64,000 nt of DNA from Tetramitus jugosus. Lineage: Eukaryota; Protista; Heterolobosea. Where the stretch lies: contig OW569393.1 of the NCBI GenBank assembly GCA_937625935.1, positions 62,001-126,000 of the forward strand. The letters are read 5' to 3'. The notes beneath the pieces were generated by a model. The model did not search any database, was not told where the DNA came from, and saw only the letters and a list, made by a program, of their open reading frames with translations. The translations under genes were made by a program, and so were the position numbers. Shown in pieces: positions 28,687 through 39,455 of the stretch (its first letter is position 1; each line of letters begins with the position of its first letter).

Positions 28687-30111
28687 ATGAACCAATCCCT
28701 GTCTCCCAGTATTTCAGTGGCACCAAAGAGCCTCACATCTTTTCTACCGTCTGTAGATCAAGACAATGTTCTGGTCATAGGTGGTAAAGGTCTGACTTGT
28801 CAAGAACTGTGGACTGAGCAAACCAGTGAACGACGTTTACAAGATTTGAGACCGCTGGCCAAGTTGCAAGATCCAACTAAACCTAATAATCAATTGGCTA
28901 ACCTGGAAGATATTGAAACATACTGTCCTGACTTCTCAAAACTGCAAATACCCTATGTCCTGGACGACCAGAAACTATTATCTCAAATTCGGCTGAAGAA
29001 GATTGCAATTGGCAGTATTCATTGCTTGTTTTTGACCGAGGATGGTTTTGTTTATGGTCTCGGTCAAAACGTATATGGGCAATTGTTGAACTATAATCAA
29101 AATCACTTGCTGTGTCAAGATGATGTGACTCTGCCTACATTGTTGTTATGGTTTGTGGAGCGCAACATTCGCATCAGAGATATTGCTTGTGCTGGTTGGT
29201 TCTCTGCTTTTGTGACAACAGATGGTCAATTGTACACAGTGGGGCGTTTCGGAGCGTCCTCTAGTTCGGCAACCGAACCTGTTCTCCAATCAAGCAAGGG
29301 ATGCATTTCCACTTTTGGTCTAGGTAATGAACAACTTGTGTTTCAGTGTGACTCGACGCATGGAGATGATCAAGTGTACTCTTTGGGCTCGAACAGTCAT
29401 GGACAATTGGGAGTTGAACCTCGAGTTGTTGCGTATGCTGACGAAGCAGTGGAAGCACAAATCGTCAATCCATCGTCGAGTGACAACTCTCGAAAGCCAT
29501 TCAATTTCTGTCGTTTGACAAAGATTCGGGGTGGAGAACATTTTATGACTGTGCTGACGTCGCATGGTGATGTATATGTAGCAGGACATATCGATAGTCT
29601 CAATAATATCCATGGTGTGAATGGATCGAATGGTTTTGTAAAGTTGGATTTGAGACTTCTTGGCACTGCACTCGTCCAGGACTTTTCATGCTCGTGGCAC
29701 GACATTATCTTCGTGGACTCAATGAAGCGTGTCTTTACTTCGTCAAGTTTGTTGAAGACGAATCAAACACTGCGGTACTTTGATGCTTCAACAATAGAGA
29801 TCCCAAAGATCACTGCAAGGGCGAGAGATTTTCATGTTGTTGATGCTCGTACTGGGCGCTTGTTCAATCCTCGGCAAACTCAACTGGACTCTTCACTCAA
29901 GCTCGAAGAATTACAGGCAAGCTCACATTGTAGCCAACTATTGGGTCATCCAAATTATCAAGTGGCCAGTTATGCCTCTGGGTACTATGTCCACATGGTG
30001 TTGTTGAGGCGTGTATCATCAACAACGAGTCTGCTGTTCTTTATGACCAATCTCAAAGATTTCTCCATATCTCGTTCACAATTCAGTGATGTCACATTTG
30101 TTTTCCAATGA
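28687..30111 (+). CDS. RCC1-repeat protein with a BTB-like C-terminal tail
   Basis: IAIGSIHCLFLTEDGFVYGLGQNVYGQL, IACAGWFSAFVTTDGQLYTVG and GSNSHGQLG repeats. Ends FSDVTFVFQ*. Confidence 0.85.
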   Translation: MNQSLSPSISVAPKSLTSFLPSVDQDNVLVIGGKGLTCQELWTEQTSERRLQDLRPLAKLQDPTKPNNQLANLEDIETYCPDFSKLQIPYVLDDQKLLSQIRLKKIAIGSIHCLFLTEDGFVYGLGQNVYGQLLNYNQNHLLCQDDVTLPTLLLWFVERNIRIRDIACAGWFSAFVTTDGQLYTVGRFGASSSSATEPVLQSSKGCISTFGLGNEQLVFQCDSTHGDDQVYSLGSNSHGQLGVEPRVVAYADEAVEAQIVNPSSSDNSRKPFNFCRLTKIRGGEHFMTVLTSHGDVYVAGHIDSLNNIHGVNGSNGFVKLDLRLLGTALVQDFSCSWHDIIFVDSMKRVFTSSSLLKTNQTLRYFDASTIEIPKITARARDFHVVDARTGRLFNPRQTQLDSSLKLEELQASSHCSQLLGHPNYQVASYASGYYVHMVLLRRVSSTTSLLFFMTNLKDFSISRSQFSDVTFVFQ

Positions 30112-30407
30112 ACTACTACTTTGAGCCATAAAAGGATAGTCAGCCTGGTCACTCGATCTTTTGTTTTGTTCCAAATCATAAATTCGCGGGCGAAAATGAT
30201 TCCGAAGCCAGCAAAGAACCTTCCATTTCCGTGCTATCCTCTTTTCTTTTTCTGTTCCTGGTGTGAGAGAGCCAAACCTTCAAGAACTTCACACACACGT
30301 CGAAACACGACAGCTCACTCCTGCTGCTCACAAACAAACAACCAACCAAACAAACAAACAAAAAAAAAAGCACTCCTTATCTGAACACTGGAAAAAAAAC
30401 GAAACAG

Positions 30408-30986
30408 ATGCACCTCCAAAATCTGAACACTGGAAACTACCTCATTGTAAACAAGGCCACCAAACAAGCTCTGGACCACAATACCTCTGGTGCCCAACAA
30501 GTATCACACCAACACCCCAGAGTGTTCACCTGGCCAGTGAGTGCCAACAGTCCAAACCACCAATGGTACGTTGAAAAGCAATGGAATGGAAACTATGTCA
30601 TTACTGCACTCAACACTGGAATGTCCATGGACGGTAATACTCAAGTGCCTAATCATCGATCCTCCCATCCTAGTCCATTCCTCTATCAGACGACTCCATC
30701 TGCTCCGAATCATCGATGGAAGCTCGTTCCAACAGGTGAGTTCAATGCATTCATGATTGTGAATGAGAGTAATGGATTGGCGTTGGATGGGAATGTGAAT
30801 GGTGTGGAGCAGTATGATCGAAATCATCCTTCACCCTTCTTGTACACTCCTGTGAAAAGTGCTCCGAATCATGTATGGATTTTTCAACCTGTGGGTCAAT
30901 ACTATCCTAATAATCATTATCAATCAGGTGGTGGTTATCAGAATATGGACGGTTCAGTCGAAGTGGCCTGCTGTACCATTCTTTAA
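30408..30986 (+). CDS. Ricin-B-type beta-trefoil lectin-like protein with CaaX box
   Basis: Three repeats of about 48 aa ((Y/F)xI...(L/M)DxN...HPxxF...PNHxW). C-terminus CCTIL*. No signal peptide. Confidence 0.8.
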   Translation: MHLQNLNTGNYLIVNKATKQALDHNTSGAQQVSHQHPRVFTWPVSANSPNHQWYVEKQWNGNYVITALNTGMSMDGNTQVPNHRSSHPSPFLYQTTPSAPNHRWKLVPTGEFNAFMIVNESNGLALDGNVNGVEQYDRNHPSPFLYTPVKSAPNHVWIFQPVGQYYPNNHYQSGGGYQNMDGSVEVACCTIL

Positions 30987-31760
30987 GTACTTTACCATTT
31001 GTTATTACAATCCATAAAAAGTGATATACAGTTTTCGCAATAATATTCTACACTTGTAACTACTATGACTCTTTATCGGGTAAATGTGATTTGCCGCCTC
31101 TCTCTTTCCTTCATGAAATTTCTCCCTTTGTCTTGTTTGAGAAGGATCAGGATCGTTGTGGCAAACATTTGTCCATCCATGGACAAAATTCTGGCTTCTA
31201 CAACTGCAACATCTGAATCTGACTCTGACAGAATCCAAAGTTTCCAGACAGTGCAGTCGGGCGGCGCCAACTTCTCTTTTCACTTGGTGGATAGTACTCA
31301 GGCATCGTTCTGTTGTTCACACATTGGAGCTGATGGTGATGATATGTATGGCACTGCACAGCGAATTGATAGATTTAACAACATGAGAGACTCAGTATCT
31401 GGCGTGGATTTGCTGAACAACACGAGCGCTCAGAACACAACTGACAACTTCATGGTGAGTATTACTAATTCTTACGGTTTAGTTAATTGGGCAAAGAGTT
31501 TTGGAGTTTAGATGGCAAGGATTGTTCCATCACTCATTGCCTTACCCATTTAGGGAAATATGAGTGCAATCCAGGTTGGGCAGGTCACAAGTGTCACAAG
31601 ATGTACGAACAAGATTCAAAACCATGATAGTTTCCCAACATCACAAACCAGACCAGACAAGAACTACTCCGAAGGGTTTTACGATCTTCAGTTCTTCTCC
31701 GATAGGGTCGATTACCAAAGAACAAAACAATAAAAAACACAGGAACAACACACACGGATC

Positions 31761-33134
31761 ATGGGCAGCACAGCTTCGGCCGAAGTCAAGCAACAACGAA
31801 GATTCTTGCACAATTATGACCAATACTTGAGTCAGTATGGCAAGAACCAACCTACCAAGATTTTGGACAACAATTTCTCCAGTGACACGATATTCGGGTT
31901 CGGTAACAATGCCAAGGGTCAACTCGGTCTGGGAGATGCCTTTGTTCAATCAAAGCTCCGTGGTGTACACTCGGCCCAGTTTCAATTTGTGGCCAGTGCG
32001 GATCAAGAGGTCAATTTGGTGGCCACAGGTGGTTACTTTACCATTCTTACAACAGGTTCAAGGAATCAACAGGTGTTTGTCTGCGGAGAGAACAGTTATG
32101 GCCAATTGTTCATGAACCCCGAAACGGTCAAAAAATTGACAACATTTACAGAATTGGACCCGGAGGATCATCCTTGGTTGAACCGGGGAATTCGGGCCAT
32201 TGGTTGTGGTCGAAATTTTACAATTGTCATCACCAGGGACAATCGTATTGTAAGTGTTGGTTCGAATTATGAGGGTCAACTCGGTAGGGATCCACAAGCG
32301 ATTCGTTCGGCTTTCCAGTGCAGTGAACCAATCGGAGATGGATCTCTGGACTTTGTAAAGGTAGCTTGTGGCAGTGAGCATTCACTGTTGTTGACGAGTG
32401 ATGGAAGAGTGCTGTGTGCTGGAGCAGAGAGACATGGTGCGATTGCACCGTTGAATCACGAAGTGCCTGGTTATGGAGATGAATGGAAGTTCTTTAGTGG
32501 TTTTGCCAATCGTTCAAAGGACACCACAGTGACAGACATTGCCTGTGGATTGTATTTTTCTGCCTTTTTGGTCAACAATCGACAAGTGTACGTGTGTGGC
32601 TACAATCGTTCCTCTGGACAAAAGTACACTCAGCCTACGCTAGTGTTTGATGCATCAACTGTTGGCTCCCAAGGAATCAAGAGCATTGCTTGTGCCGGTA
32701 GAAGTCTAGTGGTTCTCACAGCAGAAGCCGAACTGTACATGCAAGGTGAGGCCCTTGCGTTCCGTCACGATTATGAAACAATGACTCATGTGCCCTATGC
32801 TTCACTCGGTATTCCACCCATTGACATTAGTTTGATTGCAGGTGGTGAAGAACATATGATTTTTGTCACATCGAACAACCATATGTATGTATGTGGTTCG
32901 GACTCGTTTGGTCAATTGGGAGAAGATATCAAGCAGACATCGAATCAATTGTCCATTGGTCCGCTGCGCAATTTCAATAGTGAGCTAGAACACAAGAAGA
33001 GGGAAGTGCACCATGTGTGCTGTGGTGCCTACTTTAGTGTCGTAGTGCTGAAACGTCAGGTCACATTTGGCAGAATGTGGTCCTATCAACAAAAACAACA
33101 ACTAACCGATATTGAAATCATTACACAGCACTAA
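31761..33134 (+). CDS. RCC1-repeat protein with N-myristoylation motif and BTB-like C-terminal tail
   Basis: MGSTAS start. GNNAKGQLGLG, GENSYGQL, GSNYEGQLG and VACGSEHSLLL repeats. Ends LTDIEIITQH*, followed by AATAAA. Confidence 0.9.
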   Translation: MGSTASAEVKQQRRFLHNYDQYLSQYGKNQPTKILDNNFSSDTIFGFGNNAKGQLGLGDAFVQSKLRGVHSAQFQFVASADQEVNLVATGGYFTILTTGSRNQQVFVCGENSYGQLFMNPETVKKLTTFTELDPEDHPWLNRGIRAIGCGRNFTIVITRDNRIVSVGSNYEGQLGRDPQAIRSAFQCSEPIGDGSLDFVKVACGSEHSLLLTSDGRVLCAGAERHGAIAPLNHEVPGYGDEWKFFSGFANRSKDTTVTDIACGLYFSAFLVNNRQVYVCGYNRSSGQKYTQPTLVFDASTVGSQGIKSIACAGRSLVVLTAEAELYMQGEALAFRHDYETMTHVPYASLGIPPIDISLIAGGEEHMIFVTSNNHMYVCGSDSFGQLGEDIKQTSNQLSIGPLRNFNSELEHKKREVHHVCCGAYFSVVVLKRQVTFGRMWSYQQKQQLTDIEIITQH

Positions 33135-34047
33135 AAATCAGCATGAATAAATGATACTGACATGAGGAAATTCCAATAAGCTGTATTTTTGCTGGTAACG
33201 TCAAAGTATTCGCGTACGGTGGTGTCATAGAAAACATATTCCGCTTATCTAGGTTAAGAATCGAAGCTTCAAACTTGTCGGGATCTTTTTTGCCCTTTTT
33301 GGTTCAGTTTTGGTATGCGGCTTTCGCTTCGCTTTGGCGAGTTGTCCGACAAACCGTGCACAGATGGTCATAAAATGCACCTCCTCAACCAAGATTCGAT
33401 TCTCTCATCACTCATTGCTGCTCGTATTGTCTCTACATAACCACTGCAATTCTTCGTGCTCTCCTTTTCCGTCCCAATGTCGCTATCGGTCCTTGTACCC
33501 AATTCTCTTTTCGCACAGAAAAGGTTTGCCCACCGATGAAAGTGATTTCTCCGTCCCTCAAATCATTTCCGTCATGCTCGCTGGTTCATCCCTATTGGCT
33601 GCCGTTCACAAGTGCGCTGCGAGCAGCATTATTCGCACGAACATCCCTCACACGAAGCTCTGCCCAACACCAAGTCAATCTCAAAGCAAAACGCCACCCT
33701 CCTCCAATTCAAAAAAAAAGCAAGCGTTCATTCCACTTTGAAGCTTCACAGATTGAGTTATCTTTTTTGAGGATACTACCCCACCTACATACACATTACC
33801 TATACTACCCAGCAACCCAGCAACCAACAACTGCTCACCCTAACAACAGCAAGCAACAGCAACAACCTCCCTCCCTGCAGAGAGAAAAACCGAAAAACAG
33901 CATCCAACTACAAAAAAAAGCTTTGCCTGACGAAAAAAAAACGCTCATTTTTTCAGCTCAGAATTGGAACAGCAGCAGACAACAACTTGACCCAACACAC
34001 AACGAACAACACCCAAATATTTTTATTTTTTTTCGATTTAGAATACG

Positions 34048-37000
34048 ATGGGTCACTATCATCCGAACATTCATCTCGAAAATAATCTCAACACGAGCAT
34101 GTCTACTGCTGACAACAGCGGAGGCGGAGAAACAAATCACGCCGCCAAAAATTCAAAAAATACAAAAAACGCAAAAAAAAAGAACAATCAAAATAACGAC
34201 ATCAACAACCATGACAACAACAACAACAATCCATCATCAGCATGTGAATTAACAATGATGAATCAACCATCAGACAACATTTTATCTAGCCGAGTGTTTA
34301 TCGAAAAAATCAATGAGTCTCACAAACCATTTTTGAAGCTCTTGTTGAGTGATGAAGCAGTCATGAGAGAGATTTCTACGCGCAGTGTCATTCGAATGGA
34401 TCAGTTTGAAGCAGTGTTTGGTCCCACATTCAAACACCTCGTTCAGCACAATGAACAAGAACGCTTTAATTTCTCCGACTCTGATAATAATACTCCGACT
34501 CCCGCCGACAGTCAGAAGAAGAAACATCCAATGACAATGACATGGTGGATATTGAGAACAAGAGGAACCAAGGGTCTAGGTGCCATTGGTCTCCACCGTG
34601 ATATTGAAAATCGTTGTATTACCGTTGAACAATTAGTCCGACCGGAGATTCAAAATACTACGATTGCCGCCGAAGCACTATACACATTGACCAAAGTATA
34701 TGAAGATTTGAATCGATTGAATGGTACATTGCGTGATTTTTATGATTACAAGTTGATTGTGACGAGCAGTGTAGGTCGTTCCATGACTGATTTGATGCAA
34801 GCATTTCAATTTGAAAAAAAAATGATTCCATCATCCAATGGAGGAGAGCAAGAAAAGTTGCAGTACGAGACAAAAACGGGCCATTTCTTTAGTAATGTAG
34901 TCTATAGAGCCAAATCTCAATTGATTCAACAAGTGGAATACATTTCTCTTCCACGATGTACTACCACTGTTACTACTACTATTGATAACGGTGAAAAAAA
35001 ACATTATAGTGAAAATGATGATGATGAAATGAGTGATGATGATGAAAATGGTGAAAATGATGAAAAAGGAGAGATGATGATTGCACCAGATCGAATTGAT
35101 TTGATTCGATATACACAGGTTCAAGGACGTCGATTGAATCCGTTTCCCTACAGAGGACTCATTCAATTCGAGTTTGACAATACTTGGAAACGTGAAAAAA
35201 TGGTTCATCAGTTGCCTGCACTCGGCTGTAACAAGCAACATTCCATTGGTCATGTCACTCTTCGTATTCCTACCACTACTTCTCATACAAGTGAAAGAAA
35301 TAATAATAATGGTGATGATGGTGGTGATGACGATGAGTATCATTCAAAGATTCAAAATTGGTTGGATTGTTACTTGTGTGTCTATTTGGTCAAGGAAGCA
35401 TCTTCTTCTTCTGCGCAGTCAGTGGTGAACAACAAACCAAGTATCATTTATCAGGCAAAGAGAAATAAGCGCGATGGTTATCCTCTTGTTTTTTCTCAAT
35501 TTGGTTTCAAGAGAAGCTCCAATAACAGCAACAAGAATGATTTGATATCGGAAATCAAGTTGCAACCAAAGTCACAGTCATTGGATGAAAATGGAAAACA
35601 TGCTCGAGTGTTTTGTTTGATTGAGTTGTGGCATCATTTGACAAAGTTGGATCAGTTTGAAACGGATCATTTCTATACTCATTCTGAAGACAGAAGAAAG
35701 AAATCCATGAATAGTGGTAGTAGTAGTTGTAATACTACTACTTCTTCTTCTGCTGCAGCTGTCAATAGTAGTGGTGGTAGTTCACCACCAAGAGCTGCTT
35801 CATCGATTAGTACCAGTTATGCACACAATACAAACAGTCATTATGGCATGAAGAAGAATGCTAGTTCTAAGAGCAAGAATCGTTCCATGGATGCCTCCAA
35901 TATGATGAATGTTGGAAATAACAGTGGTGGTGGTGCAAATCATGCTTTGAGTGCTCCAATTGCAATTGTTCAACCGCCTGGTTTGAATATCAAGAATATG
36001 AGTATTCCGTCAGTGAATGTGAGTGGTGTTGGTGCTAATAATCATAATCCAATGGTTATTGTTGGTGGTACGAGTGCTGCACATGGACATCAAGCAGCCA
36101 ATAGTACTAGTGGCAGTCCACCAAAACAACAACAACATTCACCTCGTTCACCTGTACTCTCCAACAACAATCACTCTCATTTGTTTAATCATTTTGGTTA
36201 TGATACAAATGATGGTATTTCATTGGACATTCATCACAATAATGGCAGTGGCAATCACTCGAATTATGGTTATCATCATTCCAATCATGGGAATAACAAT
36301 GGAGGTAATGGTAGTAATTATCTCCGTCCTTATCAACAACCATCTCATCGAGTGAATAATGGTGGTCATTATTCTGGCGGACCTGTTGCTGCATCTGCTC
36401 AACGTGATTACAACAATCATCATCAGCATTTGCATCCAAATCATGCTCATGCTGCCCCACATATGCATGTCCATACTCATCATGCACACCAGCATCAGCA
36501 TCAACACAATGGTAGTGTTGTTGATAATGCACATCATCACGTGCATCATCACCATCATCATAACAATTATCAGAATCAATCCTATTGCTCAAGTCGTCAT
36601 CATCATCACCATTTCCAATGGTCCGATATGACATCTGAATTGACTTGCAGTCATCATGATCATTGTCAAGTACCAATGAACAACCATGAGCAAGACAATT
36701 GTTCCATGATGAAGGACGATAATGATTCATCTTCATCAAGATCTTCATTCTCATCTGCTTCCTTCTCATCCAACAAGGCACCACTCCATTTGATACTGGG
36801 ACTGGCGAATGAGAACGAAATGGAGAGTAACTCTGGTAGAAATTTCAAATGTCCTTGCCCATGGAACACTCGTAACAATCCACCCTACCACGTCTTACTC
36901 AACGCCCTCCCACCCCCTTCCATTTGTTCCAGTAACTCCTGTTGTCCATCCATCATCACTCCTTCTTCTTCCTCCACTTGCCTAGCTCCTTCCTCCTGCT

Positions 37001-37623
37001 CTTCTTCTACTACGACCACTACTTCTCCTCCTGCGCTCTCTTCTCCATCATCTCCACCAACTTCTGCTACGACTGGTGTTGATGCCTTCCATGCCCATCA
37101 CTCTCATCCTCAAGCTCACCATCGCAGTGATCCATTGTGCTGTCCTATTCCTGCACCTACACCTACTCTTGCTGTCAATTGTTCTTCCATTGCTGCGCCA
37201 CATGGGCTGCAGCAACAACAACCACAATTGATCAACACAGAGAAGGTAACAAGTCCTTCAACAGGTATTTTGCCTTCGATCCAATCCTTGTTGCACATGG
37301 TTGATCATCATTCTACTGCACCTGTCTCTGTCACTAATGTTGCATCTCAATCACAAATGTCTCCTCCGACAGGTGATCCATCGACTCCATTGACACCATT
37401 TGCATCCTTGAGAATCTCTTGTGCACCAACAAATGCACCAAGTGCTCACTATCAGAGTGAACCATTTGTACCTCATTCACATGCGATTGCTCATCATCAC
37501 ATGGACAAGAATCATCATCCAATGATGCATCATCCGCAGCCATATGGCCAACAGAATGTTCACCATGGTGCTCCTCACAACCACTTTCCTCAGCAGAATC
37601 ATTACAAGTACATGAAGCAATGA
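34048..37623 (+). CDS. Protein with RimJ/RimL-like GNAT domain, a central globular domain and a long His/Asn/Ser/Pro-rich tail
   Basis: 1191-aa ORF. WWILRTRGTKGLGAIGL...VRPEIQNTTIAAEAL resembles a RimJ/L GNAT. A beta-rich domain ends FETDHFYTHSEDRRKK. The C-terminal half is low complexity. Confidence 0.7.
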   Translation: MGHYHPNIHLENNLNTSMSTADNSGGGETNHAAKNSKNTKNAKKKNNQNNDINNHDNNNNNPSSACELTMMNQPSDNILSSRVFIEKINESHKPFLKLLLSDEAVMREISTRSVIRMDQFEAVFGPTFKHLVQHNEQERFNFSDSDNNTPTPADSQKKKHPMTMTWWILRTRGTKGLGAIGLHRDIENRCITVEQLVRPEIQNTTIAAEALYTLTKVYEDLNRLNGTLRDFYDYKLIVTSSVGRSMTDLMQAFQFEKKMIPSSNGGEQEKLQYETKTGHFFSNVVYRAKSQLIQQVEYISLPRCTTTVTTTIDNGEKKHYSENDDDEMSDDDENGENDEKGEMMIAPDRIDLIRYTQVQGRRLNPFPYRGLIQFEFDNTWKREKMVHQLPALGCNKQHSIGHVTLRIPTTTSHTSERNNNNGDDGGDDDEYHSKIQNWLDCYLCVYLVKEASSSSAQSVVNNKPSIIYQAKRNKRDGYPLVFSQFGFKRSSNNSNKNDLISEIKLQPKSQSLDENGKHARVFCLIELWHHLTKLDQFETDHFYTHSEDRRKKSMNSGSSSCNTTTSSSAAAVNSSGGSSPPRAASSISTSYAHNTNSHYGMKKNASSKSKNRSMDASNMMNVGNNSGGGANHALSAPIAIVQPPGLNIKNMSIPSVNVSGVGANNHNPMVIVGGTSAAHGHQAANSTSGSPPKQQQHSPRSPVLSNNNHSHLFNHFGYDTNDGISLDIHHNNGSGNHSNYGYHHSNHGNNNGGNGSNYLRPYQQPSHRVNNGGHYSGGPVAASAQRDYNNHHQHLHPNHAHAAPHMHVHTHHAHQHQHQHNGSVVDNAHHHVHHHHHHNNYQNQSYCSSRHHHHHFQWSDMTSELTCSHHDHCQVPMNNHEQDNCSMMKDDNDSSSSRSSFSSASFSSNKAPLHLILGLANENEMESNSGRNFKCPCPWNTRNNPPYHVLLNALPPPSICSSNSCCPSIITPSSSSTCLAPSSCSSSTTTTTSPPALSSPSSPPTSATTGVDAFHAHHSHPQAHHRSDPLCCPIPAPTPTLAVNCSSIAAPHGLQQQQPQLINTEKVTSPSTGILPSIQSLLHMVDHHSTAPVSVTNVASQSQMSPPTGDPSTPLTPFASLRISCAPTNAPSAHYQSEPFVPHSHAIAHHHMDKNHHPMMHHPQPYGQQNVHHGAPHNHFPQQNHYKYMKQ

Positions 37624-37793
37624 TCATCTGCTCAGATGATTCCACGATATATATTTTATACTGTTAGATTGATAAGATTGATAGATTTTAACCAAGATTG
37701 ATACTCGATAAAGAAACTTTTATTCCATAGTTTTTTTTCAGTAGCATAACTTCGTCATTGACTACACACTGAAGCATCTGAATTCTGGAGCAA

Positions 37794-39455
37794 TCATGAA
37801 AGCAATTGGTTTTTCTTTTTGAGTAGTTCGACCGATACATTTCTGTTCTCCTTAACCGCAGAAGAAACAAATGCTTTGTCATTTCTTAGTTCAACGGAGG
37901 CATACCCGAATGCAGATCCAGTTCTCTTCACAGCAGAAAGAACAACTTCCTTGTCATTCTTTAGTTCATTTGTCGCATATTTCAATGCATTTCCATTCTC
38001 CTTCACGGCTGAAGTAACAAATGTTTTGTCTTTTCTTAGTTCCTTGGATGCGTGCTTGAATGAAGAACCATTTTTCTTCACAGCAGCAAGAACAATTTCC
38101 TCGTCATTCTTTAGTTCATTTGACGCATACATCAATGAATCTCCATTGTTCCTCACAGCAGCAAGAACAATTTCTTTATCATTCTTTAATTCACTTGAGG
38201 CGTAGGCCAACCCATTTCCATTCTCTGTCATCACAACAAGAATAAAATCCTTATCTTTCTTTAATTGGTCCGATGCATATCCTAAAGCCTTTATATTCTC
38301 CTTCACGGCATCAAGAATGAACCTTTTGTTATTCTTTAATTCGCTAGATGCATGCTTCATTGCACATACATTCTTCTTCATTGCGGCGAGCAGAATTTTT
38401 TTGTCATTATCTAAACGAACTACTGACCAAGAAGTTAAATGATTCAGCATCACTTGCACATCAACCTTTGATTCAAAGAAGGTGTTAGCATATGTGTTTA
38501 CAAGTTTGTTCATCTCCTTTTGCATTTCGTAATGTTGTTGACTAATCTCTCGTTCCATTTCGATTAATCGAGCATCACCATATGATTCAATTATACTACT
38601 ATTGGAACAACGCCCAGTATCTAATAGAATAGATAGCTTCTGTCTCTCTGTCTGCAAAGCGGCGATTCTATCAGAACGCAATGAATCCAACTCCTTGTCC
38701 AAGTCATTCTTCTTCTTCTGGATCGCATTCACCAGAGTCTCACAACATTGTTTGTTCTTTTCAATCTCTTCTTCATGCTTCTCCTGGATCTCCTTAATCA
38801 TCTGATCAACGATTGCAATATCATTTTCTAATTTTGGTGCGAGTGAAATCGTTTTGTCAACTAGAACCTTCAAGTTGTTTCTCCTTCCTTCGATGATGTC
38901 ACAAATAAACTTGTATTCATGAGTTTTATGGGGGACAATTGCACAGTCCCTACAAATGAGCATGTCATCACAAGTTAAGCAAATCATGGACAATTTCTCT
39001 CCCTTATGTTTTTGACAACCTATTACCTCATATGTTGCATCTTGTGTCAAAGGTTTTAGTTGATGCTCCTTTGTCAATTTTCCCTTCTTGTGAGCTTTAG
39101 TGTGAAACTTACATAAATTTTCTTTGCATAAATCACAGTAGTGAGTGGATATCTCTTGTTCGTGACAATGGTCACACAAAGTAGGTTCTTCTATTGGTTT
39201 GGTTTGGGCAATTGTGTCTAACATTCCTTGTAAAATATAGTTGTTGGGCAATCCTTGTACTCCCTTACTTGAGAGAGGTGTGGATGTCCTACATGTTGGG
39301 CATTTCAATACTTGTGCTTGGTTGGAAGATTTTACAACATTGGTGAGGCACTTGAGACAAAAAGTGTGGTAGCAAGTTAAAATTTTTGGTGCGTTCAACG
39401 TATCATAACAAATGGGACACTCCACTTGTTGTAGTAGCTGTGATTTGAGGGACAT
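37794..39455 (-). CDS. TRIM/RBCC E3 ligase-like protein with C-terminal DUF4116 repeats
   Basis: C3HC4 RING (CPIC...CYHTFCLKC...CPTC), B-box1 (CDHC...CDLC...CKFH..AH), B-box2 (CQKH...CLTC...CRDC..PH..H), coiled coil, then about 8 LKNDKEIVLAAVKxNGxALxYAS repeats. Confidence 0.9.
   Translation of the reverse strand: MSLKSQLLQQVECPICYDTLNAPKILTCYHTFCLKCLTNVVKSSNQAQVLKCPTCRTSTPLSSKGVQGLPNNYILQGMLDTIAQTKPIEEPTLCDHCHEQEISTHYCDLCKENLCKFHTKAHKKGKLTKEHQLKPLTQDATYEVIGCQKHKGEKLSMICLTCDDMLICRDCAIVPHKTHEYKFICDIIEGRRNNLKVLVDKTISLAPKLENDIAIVDQMIKEIQEKHEEEIEKNKQCCETLVNAIQKKKNDLDKELDSLRSDRIAALQTERQKLSILLDTGRCSNSSIIESYGDARLIEMEREISQQHYEMQKEMNKLVNTYANTFFESKVDVQVMLNHLTSWSVVRLDNDKKILLAAMKKNVCAMKHASSELKNNKRFILDAVKENIKALGYASDQLKKDKDFILVVMTENGNGLAYASSELKNDKEIVLAAVRNNGDSLMYASNELKNDEEIVLAAVKKNGSSFKHASKELRKDKTFVTSAVKENGNALKYATNELKNDKEVVLSAVKRTGSAFGYASVELRNDKAFVSSAVKENRNVSVELLKKKNQLLS

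Noticed and set aside
31065-31511. 148-aa ORF ending GLVNWAKSFGV, reminiscent of a surface-protein propeller fragment
   Set aside because: Too short and weak to call; at most a remnant.
33310-34252. ORFs of 143 and 238 aa upstream of and overlapping the 34048 gene
   Set aside because: They translate A/C-rich leader sequence, overlap the real CDS out of frame and have no motifs.
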